Shown here: positions 19,340-28,751 of the stretch, piece by piece
How positions within the stretch are numbered: the first letter of the stretch is position 1
Layout of the letters: each line of letters opens with the position of its first letter
NCBI GenBank assembly: GCA_965204505.1
Contig: CBDBFB010000004.1
Coordinates: forward strand, 107,449 to 171,448
Length of the DNA: 64,000 nt
Origin: an uncultured Candidatus Binatia bacterium
GTDB taxonomy: Bacteria; Desulfobacterota; Binatia; UBA9968; JAJDTQ01
Direction: 5' to 3'
The notes under the pieces: model-generated
What the model was told of the DNA's origin: nothing
Seen by the model: the letters and a program-made list of their open reading frames with translations, nothing else
Databases searched by the model: none
Translations under genes and position numbers: made by a program

Positions 19340-20580
19340 TCTCAGCGTCCTCCTTGAACTGAAACGTCCTGCCGCACACACGGCTCGCCGCCTTCGGCGA
19401 CATCGCCGCACTCGCGCCGCCCGCCTCGCTCCGCTCGTCGTCGGCGCGCCCCTCCGCATCCGCGTCGCCGGTGCGGGCTTCGCCCCACACCGGCTCCCGC
19501 ACCACCGCTGACGCCGCTGCCTGCGTTTCCGGCAACGTGCTCCGCACGTCTGCCGTCACCGCCAGGCACAACCTTCGCGCCGCCGCTCGCTGACGCTCCC
19601 GGCGCGCTTCGCACGTCTCAACCCCGCATCGTACACTTGCCGCGCTTCAATGTCGTTCACCTCATTGCGCTCGCCATCGGCACAGACCCCCCTCCACGGC
19701 CCATGTCGCCGAGGACCCGCTTCGCGCCTCCCCTACGCCACTCGGCGACGCGGGCCTTCCCCCCTCCGTCGGACCGGTCCGTCCTTCCTGCGGCGCGCCG
19801 CCGGTGCACGCTTCCCCCGTCACCAGCTTCCACTCCCCGCCGTCCTCGGTGTCTGCACCACTGCGGACGCCCCGGCCGGTGCTTCCGGCAACGTGCTTCG
19901 CACGTGTGCCATCAGCGCCGTCCGCAGTGACCACTACTCAATCGCCATTGCCCGTTGACGGATTCTGTCGAGCCCGCTGCGCGGTCTCGCCTCTCCCGCC
20001 CGGCATCCCTCGCGCCGCCGCTCGCTGACGCTCCCGGCGCGCTTCCCACGCATCAACCCCGCATCGTACACTTGCCGCGCTTCAATGCCGTTCACCTCAT
20101 TGCACTCGCCATCGGCACGGACCCCCCGCCGCGGCCCATGTCGCCGAGGACCCGCTTCGCGCCTCCCCTGCGCCACTCGGCGACATGGGCCTTCCCCCCT
20201 CCGTCGGTCCGGTCCGCTCTTCCTGCTTCGCGCCGCCAGCACGGGCACCGCCGTCACCAGCTTCCGCATCATGTCCTGCTCCGGTGTCCGCGCCTCCGTC
20301 ACCGTGCTCCGCACGCATCCCGTCAGTTCCTTCAGCGCAGCTCGCCGCACTCGCGCCTTCCGCCTCGCTACGCTCGTCGGCACCCGCTTCCGCACCACGT
20401 CCTGCACTCGTGTCCGCACTACTGCGGACGCCTCTGCCGTCGCCTCCCGCAGCGTGCTTCGCACGACTGCCCTCAGCTCCTCCGCACGGACCCCCACTCA
20501 GTCGCCGTGGCGGCTCCCCTCCGCCGGGTCCGCCGGCGCCCATCCCCCCGTCGCTTGAACCCCTGGTTTCTTCGTTCCTG
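19340..20580. repeat. about 2.5 copies of a ~433-bp degenerate tandem direct repeat, non-coding
   Basis: The unit boundary core cgccgccgctcgctgacgctcccggcgcgcttc(g/c)cacg...ccccgcatcgtacacttgccgcgcttcaatg(t/c)cgttcacctcattgc recurs at 19578 and 20011. A partial copy spans 19340-19577. The 433-bp period is not a multiple of 3. Confidence 0.8.
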
Positions 20581-21074
20581 ACCGCTTGCGCGGGCTCTGG
20601 TTCTCACACCGGACGCAGCTAGCTGCCGGTGTAGCCGGGCGTGCGCCTGTCGTGCATTCCCGTGCGCTCTCGACGACACGGGACGCCGGGCACATGCCGG
20701 ACCGAGTGTATTCTCCAGAGCATACACGCCGTCTTCGCACCCCTGCCGCCCTAGGGCTGCGCATGTCGCGCAGCGATCCCACGATGTATTCTCTTGCGTC
20801 GCAGAATGTGTTACGGCGTATTACGTGTGTAACCTTATTGTAGTCGCCTGAAACACGGCCCGAACACGCCCTGCCGAGGCTCGCCGCCGGCAAGCGGTCG
20901 CCCCACCAAGGCGCTCGGCGACAGTCCTGGCGGGAAGGTTGCGAAGGGTCTCAACGACCTCGCCGGCTTCCCGGTTTCTACCGCAACCGGGACACCGACG
21001 GCCTGTTTCAGAGCACGGAATGGACACGGAGTGGGCCGTGGGTCGGCCTGGAGAGGGCAGAAAAGGATAAGAGG

Positions 21075-21464
21075 ATGGCGCAAAACGATCGCGGAAATCC
21101 GGGAACGGGGAGCAATCCGGCCGGAAAACGGAGCGATGCGCGGCAGCCCCGCTCGATCCGCTTCTCCGATTCCGAGTGGCGGCTGATCGAGAAGGTCGCC
21201 ACTCGGCACGGCGTTCCGGTTGGAGAGCTGGTCCGCGCCGGGGCGCTCGCCATCGCCGAGGACCGGCTCGGCGAGGATACTCCGGCCACGTTGACGCCCG
21301 GACACCTGGCGCTCATCGAGGCCACCTACCGCTCGGTCTACATGATGGCCACGCTCAAGCGAGACGAATTGCTCGACGCCGAACGGCATGAGGAACTCCA
21401 TCGCTTGGTCGCAGCGGCCCGCAAAACGATGGCGGAGACCATGGACGAAGGGCCCGGAAGTTAG
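21075..21464 (+). CDS. MobC-like ribbon-helix-helix relaxosome accessory protein
   Basis: AGAGGA RBS. ...RSIRFSDSEWRLIEKVATRHGVPVGELVRAGAL... is the MobC/RHH pattern (R..vRlt..E...l...A...G.s.s.l.R). Confidence 0.65.
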   Translation: MAQNDRGNPGTGSNPAGKRSDARQPRSIRFSDSEWRLIEKVATRHGVPVGELVRAGALAIAEDRLGEDTPATLTPGHLALIEATYRSVYMMATLKRDELLDAERHEELHRLVAAARKTMAETMDEGPGS

Positions 21465-21593
21465 TTTGCGTAGATTCGACGATCCGTCCCTGGGTACGGC
21501 AAGCGGACTGACCGCTTTGCACTAATTCACCACGATGTTACCTTAAACGCTGTTCTGCTGCAGGCTAGCGCAATCCGGCGAAAGGGGGTTCCG

Positions 21594-22595
21594 GTGGACC
21601 GCGTCGACTATCAGCCTTTACTGATTCAGGATTTGGTAACTTGGAACAGAAACGGGGAACTTGATCTCGCCCCGTGGTACCAACGCCGCGCCGTCTGGAC
21701 CACCGCACAAAAGGCTTACCTCGTAAACACTTTGTTCGAGCGAAAGCCCGTGCCAACCCTGTATTTCCGTCACGCTATAGATCTCGACGCCGACAAGACT
21801 GTCCGCGAGGTGGTCGACGGCCAACAACGGATCCGCGCTGTACTCGAGTATCTCGCCAATGAGTACGCGGCACGCCACCCTCAACATCCCCGTCGACTGG
21901 TTTATTCGAAACTTACCCGCCCACAACAGGAAGCTTTCCGCGAGACTGCTCTCTCCGGCGGTTGGTTACTTGGCGCTACAGACCAGGACGTAATTGAAGT
22001 CTTCGGCCGCCTGAACTCCGTATCCAAGACCCTAAACGCATCTGAGAGTCGCAACGCGAAGTATGGCGGCGAGTTCAAACAATTCTGCTTGCGGCACGCC
22101 GCCAATCGCGTCGCCATGTGGCGTGACCTCAACATTTTCACCGCGAATGACATCGCCCGAATGTTGGAGGTCCAATTCCTCGCTGACTTGTGCCTCAATC
22201 TCATGCATGGCCTAAGCGACTACAGCGCCGCCAGACTCAACAACCTCTATAAAGATAACGATGACGAATTCGAAGAAGCGGACTACATTGAGCGCCGTTT
22301 AGAGCGTTGCTTCGCACGCGTGGCCGAACTCCCCAAGGACGCCATTTTTGACACGATATTCCGCCGGCAACCAGTTTTCTTCTCACTAATTGTCGTTCTC
22401 GACAGCCGTAAGAGCCTTCCCGCCAGCAACCGACTTGCCACCGTCCTTCGTGAGGTCGACGCCCGATACAACTCTGACGTCCCGCTGCCTGATCGGCCAC
22501 CTAGCGACGCAGCGTTCTACGAAGCCTGCCGAGCTAGCACACAACGCTTGAAAAACCGCCGTACGCGTCACGACTATATCGCGTCTTTTCTGTAG
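21594..22595 (+). CDS. DUF262 (ParB/Srx-fold, GmrSD N-terminal-like) domain protein
   Basis: DGQQR motif (VVDGQQRIRAV). About 333 aa. The local GC is markedly lower than in the surroundings. Confidence 0.8.
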   Translation: MDRVDYQPLLIQDLVTWNRNGELDLAPWYQRRAVWTTAQKAYLVNTLFERKPVPTLYFRHAIDLDADKTVREVVDGQQRIRAVLEYLANEYAARHPQHPRRLVYSKLTRPQQEAFRETALSGGWLLGATDQDVIEVFGRLNSVSKTLNASESRNAKYGGEFKQFCLRHAANRVAMWRDLNIFTANDIARMLEVQFLADLCLNLMHGLSDYSAARLNNLYKDNDDEFEEADYIERRLERCFARVAELPKDAIFDTIFRRQPVFFSLIVVLDSRKSLPASNRLATVLREVDARYNSDVPLPDRPPSDAAFYEACRASTQRLKNRRTRHDYIASFL

Positions 22596-22603
22596 GTCCC
22601 GGC

Positions 22604-23218
22604 ATGTCACCTAGCCTGCGCCCACAGCTTCGGCGCACTCTCACCGCCACGACCGCGGCTCTGGAACTGACAGACCAATTGGACCAGCCTGTCAATTTTC
22701 CCAAGCACTACATTGCCGAACTAATTCTCCTCCGGATTTTTGCATTTTTCGAATCGGTCGTGGAGGAAATAGCCTGCCGACTTGTCTGCGGTGCCTCATA
22801 CTGCGACGGAAGCAAACCTACTTTGTTGCGAAATCGGCCAACGCGGAGCAACGAGAAGGCGCTTCAGGCGATGCAGAGTTACAACAGGTCGGAGCCACGG
22901 TACCGATTGCGATGGAACCAAGCCAAGGAAATTGCGGACAACCTAGAAACCCTGTTTCCAGAAAACGAACATTTCGTAGCGACGATCCGCAACCACGGGC
23001 AATTGATATCGGACCTGCGAAAGGTCCGAAATCACATCGCACACCGGAACCAGGGCACTTATAAGAAGTTCCAGGAAGTTGTCCTTCGGAGGTATGGAGC
23101 AAGGATTCCAAGTATGACGCCAGGGCGCATGTTGGTTTCGCATCGCTTTTCCCCCAACTTGGTGGAAGAATGGAGTAGAGCTGTTCAGATACTGACTAAG
23201 GCCGCTATTCGAGGTTGA
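22604..23218 (+). CDS. HEPN-like protein (Rx4H motif RNHIAH), partner of DUF262
   Basis: Begins 9 nt after the DUF262 stop. ...LRKVRNHIAHRNQG... fits the HEPN Rx4-6H motif. Low GC. Confidence 0.45.
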   Translation: MSPSLRPQLRRTLTATTAALELTDQLDQPVNFPKHYIAELILLRIFAFFESVVEEIACRLVCGASYCDGSKPTLLRNRPTRSNEKALQAMQSYNRSEPRYRLRWNQAKEIADNLETLFPENEHFVATIRNHGQLISDLRKVRNHIAHRNQGTYKKFQEVVLRRYGARIPSMTPGRMLVSHRFSPNLVEEWSRAVQILTKAAIRG

Positions 23219-23710
23219 CACACCCGGTCGCCGTAGAAGGAATGGTGTCCGAGAGGATGGTTGTAAGGCTTCAGACGGCGACGGAATGCCCTTGGTCACT
23301 GCTCGGTTTGGCACACCACGCCCACTTCCGTTCTATACGAGCTACACCGGCGTCAAGAAGAAAGCTGTCGTGAAGCGGCGGCTCTCACGGCGGCGGCGGG
23401 CTGTTCTTCCCGCATCCGGTCAGTTCGACCCGACTCTGTCCGATCCGCTCCCCTTCCCGTCCTCCACCCGGACAGAGCCGTCCAGGCAGATTCGGGAAGA
23501 GCGGGAGATCGCCCAAAACGGAACAAGACGGTGCCTTCGTGGACGAATGGAAACTCGAGACGGTTTGCCGTAGCTCTCTTTGCAGAAACGACAAACCTCC
23601 TCAACAATTCGAAAGGGGTCGCACCGCAGCTAGCCTGAGAACTCGCAAGCCCTCATCTGGAAGCGCATAGCGCCCGGAAATGGAGGAATGGAGACGGCGA
23701 CAGGCCTCGC

Positions 23711-26656
23711 TTAGAGTTCGAGGTCCATCTCGATGCGCTTGCCGCGGGCGGGCGGCTCGGGTTCCGACGCCCTGTCCCGGGACGTTGCCGGCTCGGTTTC
23801 CCTCTCCAGGGAAGGCGGCGCGGATTCCTCCGGGCTCTGCCATTCCCTTTCGGGCAACGCTTTGTCGTCCTTTTCGCGCTCGCGTTGGATCGCCTCGCGG
23901 ATGCCTTCGAGCGCGGAGATGCGTTCGCCGGTGACCGATTCGAGACGTTCCCTGAGCGCCTGCGCATCGTCGGTGACGAGTTCCGCGCGGTCGCGCGCCC
24001 GCGAGACCTCCACGTAGAACGACTTGGCTGTGGTCAAGCGGGGGTGTTTGGCCTCCATGGCGGCGATCACGTTGTCCACCGTGCGCCCCTGGAAAGCGTG
24101 CACGGTCGAGGCCCAGGCGTGATCGAGATGGCGCAGTTCCGGATCGCCCGGGGTGAGGGTGAGCTTGCGGCCCTCCTCCAGCATGAACGTCACCCGCCCG
24201 TTCCCAACGCCCAGAACGTCGGCCGTGCCGCTGTTGACCAGTCCGAGTCCCTTGTCGTTGCGGGTCCAGCGGATGCGGTCGCCGGCGCGAAGCTCGATGG
24301 TCTCCGCTGTATAGACTTCGGCGCCGCCCCGCCGCCCGCCGATCTCCGATGGCTTCCAGGCAACGGTCGAGCCGTTGGGACCCTCGAGATGTACGATTCT
24401 TTTCTCGTGATCGACGCTTTGGACGCGCCGCTCGTCGCCCTTCTCAACGCCGAGACGCTTGTACGGGCGGTGGAAGGCGACCACGTCGCCGGGCGTGTAG
24501 TTGGAACTGAGCGCCTTCTCCGCGTTGGTGTAGCCTTTCGAAACCAGCCGCTGGGTCTGCAGGGCCGGCCCGGCGATGCGTCCCTCGCGGGCTAGGCGCT
24601 CGCGGATATGGGCGTTGATTCCCTCGCGCAGCTCGTGGCTCGGGGCCATCACCCCGGTGCGCTCGCGCATCTCCGGCGAGAGCCTGAGCCAGCGCGCCGC
24701 CACCGCGCCCGCGATGTTGTCCGGGTTCACTTCCGCTACATTGCCGCCCAGCTTGTCGAAAGCCTTGCCGATCTCGCCCGCAAGGCTCGCCTCGACGGCG
24801 GCCCTGAGATCGGGGTCGCGCTGGCGCAGGATCTCGTCCATGACCGCGGTCTTCATGCCCGCCTGCTGCAACTGCGCGAAGGGTTTGCCCGCGTCGACCG
24901 CGTCCAGTTGCTTCGCGTCGCCCACCAGCACGAGCTTCGGCACGCGCAGTTCGCTCGCGATCCGGAGCAGGTCGCGGGCCTGGACCGTGGACGCAAGCGA
25001 CCCCTCGTCCACCACTAGCACGGTCTTCGCGAAGGCGGCGCGCATATCCTTCGCGCCCTTCTTCGTGAGTCTGCCTTCGGCCACGCCCGCGTTCCTTGCA
25101 AGGAACCGTTGCAGGGTCTCGCTCTCGATCCCCGACTCCGCCGCCAGCGTCCGCACCGCCGACGCCGATGGCGCAAGCCCGACCATGCGCCAACCCTTCT
25201 TCTCCGCCAGCGCCCGTGCGCGGTCGAGCATCCGTGTCTTCCCGGTTCCGGCATACCCCTGAACGCCCACCGTGCGGTCCTCCCCCGAGAGGATCAGCTT
25301 CACGGCTTGCTTCTGTCCGGCCGTGAGCGGTCCCTTGCGGAGGTGCCGGTCCACCGTCCAGCCGCGCATGGGCGCCTTGCCCCGGCGCTCGCCGCTTCGC
25401 ATCAGCGCGATCGCCTCCCGTTCCCGGGCCACCGCCTTGTCCGTGGTGAGACCGCCGCCCCGCCCGAGGGCCGGCGCATCGTGCAGGCGGCCCTCGCGTC
25501 CGAGTGCGTCCACCGCCTGCTCGATGGCCTCGATCGACGCCGCGCCCGGACTGTACGCGAGCGCGGCCGAGAGCAGATCGTTCTTCGTGAACACCGCGCT
25601 GCGCTCGGAGAGATGGGCAAGAGCCCAGTCCACGGCCTCGCGCGCGGGGCCGGACCTCGCGGTGAACTCGAAAAGGTCCGCTTGGGGCGCCGCCCCGGAA
25701 GGGCCGTCCCTGCCGCCCGGGTCGAGCCCCTGTTCCATGGCCGCATCGACCAGCGCCTTGGCGTCGAAGCCCAAGTGAGTTGCCTGTCCGGCCCAAGTCT
25801 CGCGCAAAGCACCCCGATCCACATCGCGCTTGCCCGCACGGGTCATCAGCGCCGCGCGCCTGGCAAGGTGCTGGTTCTCCGCCGTCCTGCCAAGGCCCCG
25901 CTCCTCCATCGCCGCCTCGATCTCGGCACGGCGTGTCGAAAATGCCTCCACGGTCTCGCGCGAGACCCCTGCGATCTCGAATCGGCCGTCCGAATGGGTT
26001 CTCTCGATCCCGTATCCGAGCTTCGTGAGTTCGCCCGCGAGCTCGCTCCGGTAGAGCGCCCCCAGAAGCATCTTCGAGGCGTACAGGCTCTCGTTCGCCA
26101 TGGTGTGCCATTTGTCGTCCCGACCGAGCACCATGTTGGCGATCACCGAGTGTGTATGCAGAGCGGGATCGAGGTTCCGTGAGGTCTCGTGCCTGAAGGT
26201 GGCGACTACAGTCTTCTGATCGCGTACGCGGACCATGCGGCCGCTCCCTGTGTCCTGCAACCTGGTCTCGGCCGCGTTCCTCTCGAACCAGTCGAGCGCG
26301 CGCCCAACCGCACGGCCGTGGGCCTCCACGATGCGCTCGTCGCCGCCGATGAGCGCGGCCAGGGAGACGGACTTGGGCGCGGAGAACGTCAGGTCACGGC
26401 CGGGACGGTGGTGGATCGCGCCGTCCCCCATCCTGCGGCCGAGCCGTTGCCCGGAGCCGTCCGGCACCTCGCCCTCCAGCACCGCCTTGAACGTGTCGGG
26501 ATCGACCGGCCCTTCGAGGCCCAACTCGGCCGCTCCCCGGCCCGCCCAGGCGCTCGCCGCCCGGTGCTCGGGAGAGTCCTTCGCGTAGTATCCGTCCCTC
26601 TCGTAGTAGCCGGCGCCCTGGGACGGGCTCGCCACCGCTCCGATCGACGCGACCAT
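23711..26656 (-). CDS. traI: MobF/TrwC-type conjugative relaxase with C-terminal TraA-like helicase
   Basis: N-terminal relaxase domain (...YYAKDSPE...HHRPGRDLTFSAPKSVS...HTHSVIANM...). Helicase Walker A GYAGTGKT. 981 aa. Confidence 0.9.
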   Translation of the reverse strand: MVASIGAVASPSQGAGYYERDGYYAKDSPEHRAASAWAGRGAAELGLEGPVDPDTFKAVLEGEVPDGSGQRLGRRMGDGAIHHRPGRDLTFSAPKSVSLAALIGGDERIVEAHGRAVGRALDWFERNAAETRLQDTGSGRMVRVRDQKTVVATFRHETSRNLDPALHTHSVIANMVLGRDDKWHTMANESLYASKMLLGALYRSELAGELTKLGYGIERTHSDGRFEIAGVSRETVEAFSTRRAEIEAAMEERGLGRTAENQHLARRAALMTRAGKRDVDRGALRETWAGQATHLGFDAKALVDAAMEQGLDPGGRDGPSGAAPQADLFEFTARSGPAREAVDWALAHLSERSAVFTKNDLLSAALAYSPGAASIEAIEQAVDALGREGRLHDAPALGRGGGLTTDKAVAREREAIALMRSGERRGKAPMRGWTVDRHLRKGPLTAGQKQAVKLILSGEDRTVGVQGYAGTGKTRMLDRARALAEKKGWRMVGLAPSASAVRTLAAESGIESETLQRFLARNAGVAEGRLTKKGAKDMRAAFAKTVLVVDEGSLASTVQARDLLRIASELRVPKLVLVGDAKQLDAVDAGKPFAQLQQAGMKTAVMDEILRQRDPDLRAAVEASLAGEIGKAFDKLGGNVAEVNPDNIAGAVAARWLRLSPEMRERTGVMAPSHELREGINAHIRERLAREGRIAGPALQTQRLVSKGYTNAEKALSSNYTPGDVVAFHRPYKRLGVEKGDERRVQSVDHEKRIVHLEGPNGSTVAWKPSEIGGRRGGAEVYTAETIELRAGDRIRWTRNDKGLGLVNSGTADVLGVGNGRVTFMLEEGRKLTLTPGDPELRHLDHAWASTVHAFQGRTVDNVIAAMEAKHPRLTTAKSFYVEVSRARDRAELVTDDAQALRERLESVTGERISALEGIREAIQREREKDDKALPEREWQSPEESAPPSLERETEPATSRDRASEPEPPARGKRIEMDLEL

Positions 26657-27483
26657 CAGATCCAGCGCCCGTAGTCGCCCTTGAGCCGCCCGCGGCCAGC
26701 GGACTCCGCAGAGCTCTCCTCCCCGGTGACTGTCTCCGCACGACGTTCCCTGGCCGCTTCCGACCCTGTCGGCCGTTGGCCTTTCGAACCGGACGGATGG
26801 TCCGCCGATGGGCGCGGCGCGGCATCCGCCGGCGGCAGGGCGGGCGCGCGCGCGGCGGGCAAGGCATCCGGCCGTGCCGGCCCTTTCGTCTCGCTCCGGG
26901 GAGCCCGCAGGTCACCCGCGGGATTGATCCCACTCCGCTCCAGCAATGACTCAAGTTCCGTCTCTGGCGCCACCAGGAATGCCATCCGCGCCCGGTCGGC
27001 GCCGCTCCCGCGCCAGCCGGCGACGGGTCCGTCTCCGCCCGGGAACCCCACGGGGTGGTACGGCCCTGGCATCTGCTCAGGCCGCGCCAGGGAACTGGAC
27101 CGGCCCGGCGGCGAAGGCCGCGCCGCCTTGGGCGCGCGAAGCCACAAAAACCCGACGACAAGACCCGTACAGGCGCCCAGAAGGGCGCGGTCCGCGGCCA
27201 TCGACAGGAGCCGGTGCCGCACCACCCAGGCCTCGCCTATGGTCAGGCCGTAACGCGACCGCCGCACGGTCCGGCCGTCCGCCGTCCAGTATTCGGTCCG
27301 CGCGGACTGGTCGAACCCCGTCGCGATCATCGCCTCCGCGAGCGTGACCTTGCCAGTGGCATACCAGTCGTGGGCCGTGGTCTCGATCACGAACGCGATG
27401 GCGGTCACCAGCACGGTCATTATGGCCGCGGTGGTCGCCACGGCCCGTACCGCCGTCCACAGTCTGGCGAAAGAGTCATTCAT
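26656..27483 (-). CDS. hypothetical membrane protein, translationally coupled upstream of the relaxase
   Basis: ATG MNDSFARLW follows a GGAGCAAG RBS. Two hydrophobic segments (AIMTVLVTAIAFVI, LLGACTGLVVGFLWL). The stop overlaps the relaxase start. Confidence 0.45.
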   Translation of the reverse strand: MNDSFARLWTAVRAVATTAAIMTVLVTAIAFVIETTAHDWYATGKVTLAEAMIATGFDQSARTEYWTADGRTVRRSRYGLTIGEAWVVRHRLLSMAADRALLGACTGLVVGFLWLRAPKAARPSPPGRSSSLARPEQMPGPYHPVGFPGGDGPVAGWRGSGADRARMAFLVAPETELESLLERSGINPAGDLRAPRSETKGPARPDALPAARAPALPPADAAPRPSADHPSGSKGQRPTGSEAARERRAETVTGEESSAESAGRGRLKGDYGRWI

Positions 27484-27676
27484 GCGTCTTGCTCCGGCGC
27501 CCGTCGCCGTCCGTGGCGGAAACGGGTTCAAGGTTTTACTGGTGCATCACAAGGTTAAACCTGAAGCAAGGTTACGGAAACCACTTTCGGTCGCGGGTTT
27601 CCTTCACTTTCCCGCACCAGCCGCGCAGGCGCGCGCCTGCGCGCGCGACGGTGCGAAATACAATTTCGGAGGTGTG

Positions 27677-28297
27677 TCAGTTCGGAGGGGTGTCCGCCGT
27701 CACATGGTCGATAAGTCCCGTGAAGGCCGAGATGTCGTCGAGATAGTAACGCCACTTTTTCTTCTCAACATCTTCCCACGCATAACGTTTCTCCCATAAA
27801 CGGGCCTTGTCGTCGAAGTCCCGGAAGAAGTTCATCAGACTTGAACTGTCTGTACGTTTCGGACGTTGCTTCAGGGACGTAAACGGATCATTCGGTCTGG
27901 GCGCAGTTTTTTCCTGGGTGATGACGGCCACCCAACTCATGGGTTTCGTTTTGAAGATTTCATCGAATGTAGAATCGAGCTTCTTCCGCTCCTTTCCAGG
28001 CAGCTCATCATGTAATGCGGCAAGGTGGTGAACTTTCTTGTGGGTGAGCTTTTCGCGCAAAAGAACCATCTTGAGCATCAATTCAAGGGCCGTCCCAAGA
28101 TTGAAGTGCGAGACCTCCTTCATCGACGCCCACATGTCGCGATTCATGCGCCATTCCATCCCAGGGACAGGGGCTTTGCTGTCTCTGCATAGACCATAGC
28201 TCCTGATTTCCGATTCGACATGCACAGCGGCGGTCTTGAAATCGTGGATCATGTTGTGGAGATGGCGAAGTTCGGCGGTCTTCATGTTCGTTGGCAT
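27677..28297 (-). CDS. hypothetical protein in a low-GC pocket
   Basis: AAAGGAGG RBS precedes MPTNMKTAELRHL. 206 aa with Lys-rich AT-biased codons, unlike the flanking genes. Confidence 0.45.
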   Translation of the reverse strand: MPTNMKTAELRHLHNMIHDFKTAAVHVESEIRSYGLCRDSKAPVPGMEWRMNRDMWASMKEVSHFNLGTALELMLKMVLLREKLTHKKVHHLAALHDELPGKERKKLDSTFDEIFKTKPMSWVAVITQEKTAPRPNDPFTSLKQRPKRTDSSSLMNFFRDFDDKARLWEKRYAWEDVEKKKWRYYLDDISAFTGLIDHVTADTPPN

Positions 28298-28751
28298 TGC
28301 TTGCCTCCTTTCTGTCATCGTCAGTTTGGGATTGAGAAGGGGATAGTGCTAATCTCAGAGCAAATCCTCTTTGTTTCAACTTGCCGCCGGAACCAACTGG
28401 ACCTGCAGAGGCAGCCGCCCTGCGGGCATGGCACACAATTTCTCACTCGCGAACTTGGATTGTGCCATATCCGCAGTCTGGAGGCCGACACCTTAGTCAT
28501 TACCTGCCGGTGATTCGCCCGACAATACCGGCACGACTTCGGAGATATTCCGGCTGATTCCCTCGGTTTCGAGAGATAGCGCCGTAGATCCCCGAGCTAC
28601 CAGATTGGCAGGACTTTCTCCGGGGGAGTTGACCCGTTTAGGTGTCCACTAAACGGATCAACTCCAGTTTGGAGGATTTGCTCCTCTACGCCGGATGGTG
28701 CCACACTGTTCAAGTCGTGCAGTCCCCAGGCAGGTGGAACGGGAGTGACCT

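Noticed and set aside
19637-20581. ORFs 19637-19930 and 19955-20581 within the 433-bp repeats
   Set aside because: The repeat period is not a multiple of 3. Both strands and all frames are open, as expected for GC-rich non-coding DNA.
20808-20834. Short palindromes (GTTAC-N14-GTAAC, CGTATTACG) upstream of mobC as a candidate oriT
   Set aside because: Arms of only 5-9 bp and no recognisable nic motif. Too weak to call without comparative data.
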